Source: Oikopleura dioica
Lineage: Eukaryota > Animalia > Chordata
Assembly (NCBI GenBank): GCA_907165135.1
Contig: OU015568.1
Span: forward strand, 14,705,208 to 14,769,207
Direction of reading: 5' to 3'
DNA: 64,000 bases
Shown here: piece by piece, positions 27,977 to 38,900 of the stretch
Numbering within the stretch: the stretch's first letter is position 1
Layout of the letters: every line of letters starts with the position of its first letter
The notes under the pieces: model-generated
Seen by the model: only the letters and a program-made list of their open reading frames with translations
Told to the model about the DNA's origin: nothing
Databases searched by the model: none
Made by a program: the position numbers and the translations under genes

Positions 27977-29191
27977 CTATTCAAAGGTCTGGTAGAAGAA
28001 GTTTCGGACAGAGTATACAGAAGCTGGTTCATAGTAATCGTCAGAAATGAAAACTTTAAGATCGCTGTCAGTGAAAACATCGCTAGTGCTGTAGGATCCA
28101 GCAATGACTTCCTCGCCGTCGACTGTTACAGAATACTCGGTTACGGATGGATCTGATTCGCGCTGATTGACTTCGACAGAATACGTGTTCCACTCTCCGT
28201 CGGTGCAGGCGAACGTAGTAACATGTTCATGATGGCTCGTTGTTGGGTTGTCCACAGAGATGTAAATCCTGTTTTGGTTTGGTCGTCGCCAAAGTGCGAA
28301 TACTCGATTGCCAGATTGGCCGAGATCGCCACTGCCATTACCAACACGAAGAATGTTTCTCCACTGACCATCGGTAGAAAGGTCCTTATTGCAAAGAACA
28401 TCTGCAGATAATTTGTAGCTGATAGCAGGGGTGACAGTGGAAACCTGGTTATTTCTTGATGGGCGGACTGCACAGCTATCAACGAAAGTGTTACAATTCT
28501 CGAGTCCATCGCAAGGATCAGTGCCATCTGTGCAAGCGACTTCCGCAACTTCATCAAAAGTTTGGTAGTAGAAATTTCGAACGGCATAGGTTGAAGCTGA
28601 CTCGTAGAAATCATCTGAAGCCGAAACTTGAAGAGCGCCCTCGGACAAGGTGCCTGATTTATCGTAAGATCCTTCAAAGATCTCTTCATCATCAAAGGTG
28701 AGAACGTATTTGAGAATTGATGGGTTTGCTTCGACTTGGCGAACTTCAACAGAATAGGTGTTCCATTCACCCTGAATGCACTCGGCAGTAGTTACTCGCT
28801 CCTTGTGACTCGTTGTAGGATCGTTGACGGAGATGTAAAGCCTGTTTTGATTCGGTCTTCGCCAGATAGCGAATACTCGATCTCCGATTTGGCCGAGATC
28901 GCCACCACCACCGATGCGGAGAACATTTTTCCATCGACCATCGAGAGGCATGGCATGATCACAGTAAACTTCAGCGGAAGCTTTGAAATTCAAAGCGGCT
29001 TCAACTGTTGCTAACTGCTGATTTCGTGCAGGGAAGACTTCGCATTCATTGACAAAAGTCTCGCAATTGGCTTTACCATCGCATGGACTAGGGCAGGTAA
29101 GGTCTTGGTAGTAGAAATTTCGGACAGAGTAAGGAGTAGCAGCGCCGTACCACTCGTCAGCAACGAAAGCTTGAAGATTTCCTTCACTCAG
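27977..29191 (-). CDS. Protein of tandem ~150-170 aa LamG/ConA-like repeats with Cys-rich linkers; 5' part lost in gap
   Basis: Two full units and part of a third: PC..C.TFV..C...P.RN.Q..TV, W.N.LR.G.G.GDLGQ.G.RVFA.WRRPNQNR.YISV, V..SDD.YE.AS.Y.VRNF.YQTF. Confidence 0.7.
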   Translation of the reverse strand: MSEGNLQAFVADEWYGAATPYSVRNFYYQDLTCPSPCDGKANCETFVNECEVFPARNQQLATVEAALNFKASAEVYCDHAMPLDGRWKNVLRIGGGGDLGQIGDRVFAIWRRPNQNRLYISVNDPTTSHKERVTTAECIQGEWNTYSVEVRQVEANPSILKYVLTFDDEEIFEGSYDKSGTLSEGALQVSASDDFYESASTYAVRNFYYQTFDEVAEVACTDGTDPCDGLENCNTFVDSCAVRPSRNNQVSTVTPAISYKLSADVLCNKDLSTDGQWRNILRVGNGSGDLGQSGNRVFALWRRPNQNRIYISVDNPTTSHHEHVTTFACTDGEWNTYSVEVNQRESDPSVTEYSVTVDGEEVIAGSYSTSDVFTDSDLKVFISDDYYEPASVYSVRNFFYQTFE

Positions 29192-29691
29192 NNNNNNNNN
29201 NNNNNNNNNNNNNNNNNNNNNNNNNNNNNNNNNNNNNNNNNNNNNNNNNNNNNNNNNNNNNNNNNNNNNNNNNNNNNNNNNNNNNNNNNNNNNNNNNNNN
29301 NNNNNNNNNNNNNNNNNNNNNNNNNNNNNNNNNNNNNNNNNNNNNNNNNNNNNNNNNNNNNNNNNNNNNNNNNNNNNNNNNNNNNNNNNNNNNNNNNNNN
29401 NNNNNNNNNNNNNNNNNNNNNNNNNNNNNNNNNNNNNNNNNNNNNNNNNNNNNNNNNNNNNNNNNNNNNNNNNNNNNNNNNNNNNNNNNNNNNNNNNNNN
29501 NNNNNNNNNNNNNNNNNNNNNNNNNNNNNNNNNNNNNNNNNNNNNNNNNNNNNNNNNNNNNNNNNNNNNNNNNNNNNNNNNNNNNNNNNNNNNNNNNNNN
29601 NNNNNNNNNNNNNNNNNNNNNNNNNNNNNNNNNNNNNNNNNNNNNNNNNNNNNNNNNNNNNNNNNNNNNNNNNNNNNNNNNNNNNNNNNNN
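29192..29691. other. Assembly gap (500 N)
   Basis: Run of N. Confidence 1.
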
Positions 29692-29838
29692 TAGATATGG
29701 GAAAGGAGACTCGAGTTGAAGAATTCATGTTTGCATTTGTCTCCGTGCAAACGTGTAAAAAGGGAAAACGTGGCTCTACAAATAAGAAAATAAAGACAGA
29801 AGAAAACTTATTTTCGATTTTCTTCACATTTTTCAAAA

Positions 29839-31860
29839 ATGGAGATATCTACTCATCCAAAAGAACTCAGCGAAGAGAACGTTGAAAAATGGCTCGAAGA
29901 TTTCTTGCCGAAAATCAAGAGAGAAACAACGAGGAATGATAAGGATCGTCTACTTTTATCAGTCAACGAGATCGATTTCAGAACACAGAAGCATAAAGAA
30001 ATAAAAGATAAGGGAGGCAACTGGACGCATGTTTCTTTCAAGGACAAGTATGCATACATCTTCTACTTAGATAGATATGAAGAGGAAAAAAAGGAAAAAT
30101 TTATCCAAACACAGTTTCAGCGAGATATTATCATTTCAAATCGGGATCTTAGAAGAGTGAAAATCGCACGATCTGAGCTGAACGACGAACGAGGAGCATG
30201 GTTTTTGGAAAAATCGATATCAAAAGACCTGATTTCTTTTGGTGGGGAAGCGATCGTATTGAGCCAAAAAATCGGGGATCTACCAGTTGCGGTTAGAATT
30301 CAGGCAATATATTATGAAAAGATTAATTGATTAAATCTGATTTCAGGTCTATGATCCCGCATTGTTTTGCAATCAACGGTCTTTTTTTCAAAAAATATAC
30401 TATTCTAAAGGTAAATTTCTTGAAAAAAAAAAGAATTTATATATGAGTCAAGATTATCAAATTGCCGAGCATTTGAACCATGAAAAACTAATTCCCTTTC
30501 ATGAAAATGTCATCAAAAACTTTGTGAATATTGAGCTCTACGACGAATCATTTTCATCTTGTCTTGGCTCAATCACAATTATGGAGAAGGGTGATCAATG
30601 TTTGAGACCTTTGCTAAAAGAAAACTCATTGTCGCTAGAAGAGCGAAAAATCATTTCGATCGGAGTTAAAAAAGGGGCCGAATATCTTGCAAAAATTGGC
30701 ATTTATCACCGTGATCTGAAGCCCGAAAACATTATCCTGATAAAAGGGGTAGCTAAAATAATTGATTTTGGTGTTAGTGAAGAGCGATCTGGGCGGTCAA
30801 GTTTCCGAGAAATGGGCTATTCACGAGTTGGACTGAGAATAAGAAGTAGAAAAAACTTCTGTAAGCTTCCAATAAGACTATTCTAACTAAGTTTAATTTA
30901 GATTCTGGATCACCTGGATTTTGTACCTCGGAGCAACTTTTATCTGATTATGATTATGGTTACTTCGATGGTGAGAAAACCTTGATTACACTTATTCTAT
31001 GCGAATGGAAAACAGCTTGGACTTTATTGTATCAACCTATTGAAAGCGATGAAAGTTTGAAGATGTTCAGATCAAGCGATACATACATATTACTAAACGA
31101 CCCCAAGGAAGAAGAAATAATGAAATTAACTGCTATAATTAAAGTTACAGAAGCATCCGGCTATCTTTGCTTGAATGACGGAAACTTGACAAAATCGATT
31201 AATGTGCACTATCTGAAAAATTCCCTCACGAAAACGATGAAAGCAGGTTTTCGGAACTTGACGAAAAATGTTATGAAGCAGAAGGAATCAAATTTATGTG
31301 TGCCAATTGCGGTCACAAGTCTTATTCGATGGGCAATACAAAATGATGTTAAGGACGACCTCTCGCAATATCGTTTGGAAAGGTTGTCATTTGACAAAAT
31401 ATTTGTCATTTTGACAATGGTTCTTTACCCTCGAAGTTTGGCCGGACTAAACTTGAATCCGAATCTGAATGAAACTGATTATCAAAAGAATGAAATTGAA
31501 TTGCTTCTCAAAAGAGTTCAGTATCCAACATTTCTTTCAGATAGCGGATGGGATATTATATCACCGCCATTGTTTTCATGGAAATTTGGGTACAAAAAAA
31601 TTCTTCTTCATGAAAATGGTAGTATGTGGTAATTCGTCGGGGTCGCCCCGACAAATGAAAGATGAAATAACAGTCATTCGTCGGGGTCGATCCCGACACA
31701 TTGAAGATCAAAAATACACCAATTCGTCGGGGTCGAACAATTGAAATACGACGAATATGAGTATTTCTAAGCAGTGATTCGCCGGGTTTTATTTTAAAAA
31801 TCATTGAAAAAGGTCGAAGAGTCCTAGCGCCCTACTATTTGGCAGGAACTTATAGAATCT
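29839..31860 (+). CDS. Divergent protein kinase with an extra C-terminal domain, multi-exon
   Basis: FGGEAIV, PVAVRIQ, YHRDLKPENI, KIIDFG, GSPGFCTSEQ; followed by KQKESNLCVPIAV domain; 3' end uncertain. Confidence 0.7.
31632..31756. repeat. Three ~45-bp units starting ATTCGTCGGGGTCG, with hairpins, inside a kinase intron
   Basis: Units at 31632, 31676, 31722; GTCGGGG-TCG-CCCCGAC stem; outer ends ATTCGTCG..CGACGAAT inverted. Confidence 0.8.
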
Positions 31861-31872
31861 AAGTATCCCTTA

Positions 31873-32022
31873 CCTGGGGGCTCCGCCCCCTAGGTCCTAA
31901 AATGCCGGGGTCTAGTCTAGGGTTACTTAGGGTTACCTTCAGTAACCCTAACTAACCCTAGCCTATCCCCCTCGGGCGAGTTTGTTCTGTCATTTTGCCC
32001 AGTGCCCCCTAACCCTAACCTA
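31873..32022. repeat. Telomere-motif hairpin element
   Basis: GGGGGCTCCGCCCCC hairpin; CTAGGGTTACTTAGGGTTAC (31917-31936) / loop CTTCA / GTAACCCTAACTAACCCTAG (31942-31961); CCCTAACCCTAACC. Confidence 0.7.
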
Positions 32023-32932
32023 AAATTATAGAAAGTACTTTTAGCTAAAATCAGTCTTACTTTGGCAGCAGTAAAGAATATATAACATACCCCCCCCCCA
32101 AGTTTTCGCGCATTCCTCGGTACATTTTCCGTAATTTACTCTTCCTGATTTGTTCAAAACCCCCCAAATTTACGCCGCTTAACTTTTCCGCGCGCCCCGA
32201 AAATTTCTTCTCCTAACTTTTCTGCGTGCGCCCAAATTTACTCTCGCGGCGCTGATTCGCCTCATCGATTAATTTTCTGAGTGCGCAAAAGTCTTGTTTA
32301 GCTCGCTCCGGGCAATGAAAGGATTATCTTTTATAAAAAGCCAGATGCCTTAATAGGTCAGCCCTATTTTATGTTATTTTTGATAAAATTATTGTTTATT
32401 ATTTCAATGAAGTTAATAAATATTTGATAGAACGTTTTTCTAGTGCGAAAGATGAAAACGACATCTGTGGAGCAAAATCCTGACCTCAATATTTTAAGTT
32501 ACTCGAATGGTACGATTTTTATGTGTCCAAGCCACGAAAAAGTTCCAATTCTAGCGCCTCAAGTACCTGAAAACCAACTGTATTCGACTGCTTTTCTGTT
32601 AATACAACTTTGAAAACATGCACTAATAAATAAGTATTACTAGAAATAATGATATTCTGTCATAACTTAGTATTTGTTTGTTGATTGCAATTAACTGAAA
32701 GGAAAATTTTATTAAACAATGATTAAACATACAATGTCGCATTACTTTGAGGAAGTTTATCCATCATATTTACGTATGATTATCTCTTCCGGCTATTTTT
32801 GAACCGGTTGAGGCACACACGGGTGGCGCCCGAGCGCTCCGTCCCCGTCGGGCAATATCTTGCTCTTCAAATTTCGCTATAATTTTTAATAATTTATGAC
32901 TATTTATTTTTAAATTATGGCCTTTGTATTTA

Positions 32933-35900
32933 ATGGCAAGAAACCGGACAAAAAAAACCGGTAAAGAAAAGAAGCCGAGAAAGAAAAGAGGGCCCTACGG
33001 AAGTTCGTCGACTTTGAAAGAGAGAGCGGATGCATTGAAAATCATCGTCGCAAGAAAGGATGCAGGAGAATCGTAAGTTGTTAGATTTTTTAATATTTTC
33101 TTTAATCTTGCACTATTTTTACTAATGAAAGATTATCATAAAATGAAACTAAAGTCGTAATCGTAAGTTACAAATACCTGCCCAATGCCCTTTTAAACAA
33201 TCATCAAAAAATCACAAAAATTCCATCAAGGAAATTAATGGTGATGAGTCGACACCCTTAAATGCCTTCTTCAAAATAATCTTTATCGGTTTTTAACAAA
33301 ATTTATTAACAAAGTTTATAATGGAAACAGTTTCATAATCGATCTTTATATACGGCTTTCCTCGGCGCATGCTTTCCAAATCCGATTCTACAACTTCAAG
33401 GCGTTCTGATTAAGAATTGCGCGAATTTGTTTGATCCTCTGAGGCCGTAATGGTGGGCGCTTACGTGGACGAGTGGTGCTTGAAGGTTGTGTCGGAGGGG
33501 CCCCAGGGATCAAGATCGCCGTTAGAGAAGATCGTGTTCGAAGTAGCTTCCAGGTTGTCGGCCCAGTATTTGATTCTAAACCGATGTTAGGGACGAATAG
33601 TAAAGAAAACAAATATCCGCCGTTTCTATTGCGTGAAAATACACGACTCGCGGATTCTTTTAAAATTTCAAACTTTTACACTTTAGCTCAACATTGCGGA
33701 ATAGCTTCTTTGGATCATAGTCAAGCTCGTCCGCTGGTGGAAGGCTTGTTTTGCTTTTTATACAAGCTCGAAAATAAACAGGGAAAAGATTGTTTCTTTT
33801 AAAACTCTTTCCTGTCAGTTTTGTAGATTGGAAGAAGAGAGCTTAAGGAGGTGCTTTGTTAGAATTTCGTTAAGCTTTTACCAAAGGGGGAGGACTTACG
33901 GCTTATCTTCAAGTTCTTCTTCGAGCCCCTGCTCAAGAATTTGGCGCGGATTAGGTAACGATGATTTGGACTGGGGAATGAAGACTTTGTTTTTCAGGAA
34001 ATCTTGGAATCGCTCAGCGTATAAGCCAGGCCGCACCACTAGAATTGACGTTTTTTGAATTGATTTTTTTTATGAAAAGAAGACCTGAAATCCCGTCGCC
34101 ATTTGTGTAAAGATTTTTGATGAAATATTCCGTTTTCTTGAGAATTTTGTGGCACTGGAGGATGTCGATAATTCCACAATAAATATGAACTTGTGTGCCG
34201 TCGGGAAGTAGTGCAGGCAAGCCCTAGTTCTGGTCGACTTTGTGCTGAGAGAGTTGAAGATTCACTTGCGAGTCAGTGAAGACCTGCTCCATTGGCGACG
34301 AGTATAAGGCAGAGCGCTATAACGAAAATGAGGATGGGTCAATAAGAATGCTCAAATAAGTCCTCCGACTAATAAGGAACCCGGATTTCAAAGCCAAGGC
34401 ATGAAAAAGATTGAAATTCATAGATTAAATACAATCGGGGTTCTGATGGGCTGGAGGCTTTTTTTGAGCATTTTTATTCGTCCAAAAAGAACTGTCTGAA
34501 CGAAGTTTTAGGAAGATAGACTTACTTTGTGAAAGGATTTCTTGTTTCGTTTTCTTTTGACCAGAGAGCTCTTGCCTGAGTTGCCTCTGGAATTACTCGC
34601 GCTCAAGCTCATCGACTCCATACTAGCAATCTCCGTTGTAGAAGTTCTTGAGGATAATTTAGTTTCTCGCCTCGATTAATTGGTTTACCTTAATAGCAGC
34701 TCCAGAAGCAGTTTCGAGCTGGATGTCATTTGTTCCATTGGAAAGTGATTTCTCGTTGATGATGATTTCCATGTCTTCAGAGTCGGTCAACAGCGTCAAG
34801 TCTCATCCAAAAGTTATTAGTGTTGAAAATCTAATGGAGGATAGAGTGAATGTTTATCGGAAGAATTGATCCTACCTTGAACTTGGAGACAGATTTGAAT
34901 TTGTCAACGTGCTCTTTTGGGACTTGGGCGATTTCCAAAAGTCTTCGTAGTCAATCAAGGTACCTCGCTAAAGATTTTCATGCAGTGCTTGTTGTCTGGG
35001 TTGACATGTGGGCGAGGATGTTCATGTCGACGGTTGCGCCAAGATTGTCGATGCTGGAAAGGAAGATTTAAAAGTGACGATTAGTCCTGAGACTTAAACC
35101 AAATTCGCTTATTATTACTTTGCCCTGCTTTATGAGCTCTTCAATCAAACCAGAGTCGTAAAGGGCCATGTAGATGTCACCGTGGGTACCATCCTTGAGG
35201 TTGTAGAGATCCTTGGTGGGGACGGGGAGAAGGGTTTCTTTGTTGATTCGTTGGAAGCTGGTTGAACATTTTGATGTCGACCTGGCAGTTGTTGTTCTTT
35301 CGGAGGATCTTTCGGGTGTCTTCTTCGGTGTTGAAGGAGTTCATCAAAACCAAGGGGACGTTGGTCTCGTAGGTCTTGTTCAAGTGCTCGATTTGCTGAA
35401 CAGTCAAGTCCAAAAAGTTCAATCCAGATCTGACGGAAATGATCGACTTGGGACAAGTGAAGCCCGTGGAAGTACCGCGACCACCATTGAGCTTGATGAC
35501 GACCACTTTCGTTTTTCCAACGATCAGAGCCTTAAAATTACGTTAAGATATGTCCAGATTGGCAATGACCTTGGTATACACAAAGACAAAGTACGATATT
35601 GGTATGATCACAAGGACAAGACATACGCGAGCCTCGAAGTGCATGGAACTGAAGACAATCGACAAGTTTATAACGCTGGAAGAATTGATTTCGAGAAGTA
35701 GTAGCCTAATAACAATTCTCTAATTAATTCTTATAACTTTAGAACCATCCATTTCTCTCTTGCTGACAAAGAGGATGACATCATCGAAGAAGCTGAACTC
35801 ACGAACATTTCCCGCAGAGCCTTAGATGCTGACAATGGAAAAGTTTTACGTCCATTAGACTGTTTCAGAGCTAGAGTAAACAACCATGCAATTCAATATG

Positions 35901-38900
35901 GAAAAACCTGTCCTGAGGAGTACAAAAACAACAGTCGAACATATTCAAGTACTTATTTAGTTGGTAATAAGTGACCTACCTTTTAAATATTAACCAAAAT
36001 TAAGGCAATACCGGAAAAAACCGAAGAGGAAGTACTGTTTCATTAGTCAAACGACTTGGCTTTGGGATGGAAAAACAAACGGAGCAAAAGAAACCAATCG
36101 AATTTTCTAAACTTGCCGGTCATACAGCTGAACTTGTCGATAAAATTAATAATCGTAACCCGTCAGGAACGGCTTCATTTACTCTTATTGTAATGTTAAA
36201 AATACAAAATGAAACCTTTAAAAGATGTTATGAATATAGACGAGAAGAAAGTAGAGCTACAACGTGCACATTCCAAAGGATGGGGCTCCAAGAAGGTGAA
36301 TTGGAATAGAAAGCAGCTCGGAAACAAGCGTATCGGAGCGACGAGCCTTACTGCGATTGCTGCTGATGGTTCAAGAAGATGGTCAACAGGAAATTTTATA
36401 AATATTAATCTTAAAGATAAACCTTTTTAGTAGCTTCGGCAGTTCTAGTTTTCTCCAACCAGTCGTTGAATTCTTTTTTGTCGTCTTCAGCTTTTTGCAT
36501 CGCTCTCTCCGAGTAGTTGTTGATTTTGATCAGATTTTCCTTCTTCTCGGCTGCTTTTAACGACTTTTTCCATTCATACCGGATCATCTAAAATTTTTCT
36601 TTTATAAAATTTATAAAAAATATCAAGTAATCGTGGCGAATATCCCGAAGGAGCTCACTAAAGTCGCCAAAAAACAGCTGATCTACAAGACGGAGAATTT
36701 TTCATATTATTATATGAATATCGTTACGATGACGTGTGATGGCCCGAAGGATCTACATCTATACACAAGTAGCAAGGCTTCGATGACCAATGTGATTTGG
36801 ACGCACATGATCACGAGATGGAATGCTGAACTGGTGGAAGATAATCAGCACATTTTACTTTTATTGGGTTCTTTATCTTATTAAAAAAATAATGAATTAT
36901 TAAAACTATTTAAGACAACGCGTCCCAGCACGGCTTCTTGAAAGGAATGGACGCTGAGCATTCCAACATCGAAATGGCCTTTCTGCTGGCTAATTCCACT
37001 GATCTCTGTCAGGTAATTTTTCCGAAGATGAGTGGTAAGAGATTGAGTGAGCTTTGGTACTGACGTGAATGGAGCTAAATCTAAATGACAAATTGCCTAA
37101 TTTATGAAATGAACAATTTTCTAACTCGAAATTCAAAACTTCAATTTTAATTAATGGCTTCGAAAAATAGAAATTGGAAAAACCGGAGCTGAGATAAAAT
37201 GAGACTAAAACTGGAGCCAGCCGAAGGTACTGTATTCGAAGATAGGCCGGAAAAAAGGAAAATAGGTTTTGGAAAACAACAAGACGGATATTCATAAAGA
37301 GACGAGTAAATCTGTAAATGTTTGGTTATTTTTGTATGTATTAATTGTATCGTTCCTTTTTCAGCGATCGTGAGTTAGGCTTTATGGGGAATAATGAAGA
37401 TAGTGATGGGTTCAATAAATGTCTTAATTTGTCGATAAACAAGATTCAAGCGCACAAAGGAACAAAGGATTTTGTACAAAAATGCAAAGAGAGTAAGCTT
37501 TTAGTTGATAAAAGTTGCAAACAAATTGAAATTGAAAATTGGTAAAATAAGAAAAAGAATCTTCGCTTGAAAATGGAGCTGAATTCGAAGGTTTCCGAAG
37601 AATGGTCGTGCGGGCGGAGCAGCGGGTGGTCATCTCGAGCTTTTTTGAGAACGAGAGTGTTAACTTGTTGCAGCTTCGAGGATCTGGCAGTCGGAGCAGA
37701 CGAACTTCGGGTCGTCGCGGACGTCTTTCGGGTTAACGTTGAGGCAGAACATGTGGTACCATTTTGCGCAGCGCTCGAAATAGACCCGCTCGAATTTGTT
37801 GCCGTCTGGACGCTTGCATTGGCCTAAAAATGCGTGAAAACACAAAAACTTTATCCATCTTACCAGCAACGCAAGGTCCATCATCGTCAACATCCTCGTC
37901 GTCGTCCTCGTTTTCACTCGTTTCTTGTTGAAATTGAGTCCGAGCTCCTTTGTTTTTCTTCCGCGGATTCTGCGAGCGTCGTGGGAGATCGGAATCCTTA
38001 TCGCGTCGTTTACGATTCGGCGCCTTGTTTTAGAGATAAGAACATTTCAAATTTTCAAAAAAAAAACGCTTACGTCGCAGCTCATGGTGTAAGTTCCAGA
38101 AGTAGCATTTGGGAAAAGGAAGGAGTTGAACTAGAACTGAATCGCTGCAGCATCTGACTGGCCAGAAGAGCCGAACTGGAAGTCAACGATTGCATTGGGG
38201 CAGACGTTGAGGACTTCGAGGGTCGAACTTTTTCGCCTTCAATAGTGTTCAATTAAACCATATTTCATAGAAACTTACGATTATGACTAGGAAGTTGAGG
38301 GCGTAAAATGCATCCAGCAAATAGTCCAGCTAGGAATTCACTTGTACATCAATTGATGCTACCATGCTTGAGAACCTCTTTCAGGAACATTATCTAACCA
38401 AAGTTGTTCGTTGAATGATGAGATTTGGAGACTTACTAAATATTGAAAGTTGTTTTGCGATCTGAGGTCGAGCTTTTCAACGAGATTTTTACAAAGCCTC
38501 ACGTGGTCCACGATGACAAGGCAAATTTCAAAATGCGAACATAAGATTATTGGGAAGGGATTCGAATTGTGGAAGAGCAACAATACTTCTGCCACGGAAG
38601 CAACTGAACCTGGAAGTGTCTCGATCTAAAAGTAGTTTTCTGTAAATCCATGGTTGACGATGTGATTCAGTAAAACGTAGAAAGCAGGTTGAAATTCTGC
38701 TCCCTCATCGAAGCATCGTTTGAGGCATTCTTTTCTGAGAAAAAATGTTGAGGGTCTCGAATTTATCTTGAAAGTACCTAATTGATTGAGAACTAGAGAA
38801 GTCGCAGGATATAAAGGAAGCTTTTTTGAAGAATGAATGTGTAAGAGCAATGAATGGCATTCCAAACGCCGAGTATGTTCAGTTTCCGGAAAGAGTTATG

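Noticed and set aside
29692-29836. N-terminal part of the 619-aa ORF and other ORFs crossing the N run
   Set aside because: Continuity is an artefact of translating Ns as X
31632-31756. CRISPR-like array (palindromic repeats at regular spacing)
   Set aside because: Only three 14-bp repeats, spacers resemble each other, eukaryotic intronic context and no cas genes
32280-32930. Additional captured exon upstream of the transposase start
   Set aside because: Splice-like signals near 32500-32570 but short frames with stops and no recognisable homology
33340-35525. Functional UGP2, PIP5K1 and DPP7 genes
   Set aside because: Each is partial, carries stops or frameshifts and is fused abruptly to the next
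35213-35701. 162-aa plus-strand ORF as a stand-alone gene
   Set aside because: First two thirds is antisense UGP2; only 35548-35697 is a real (transposase) exon
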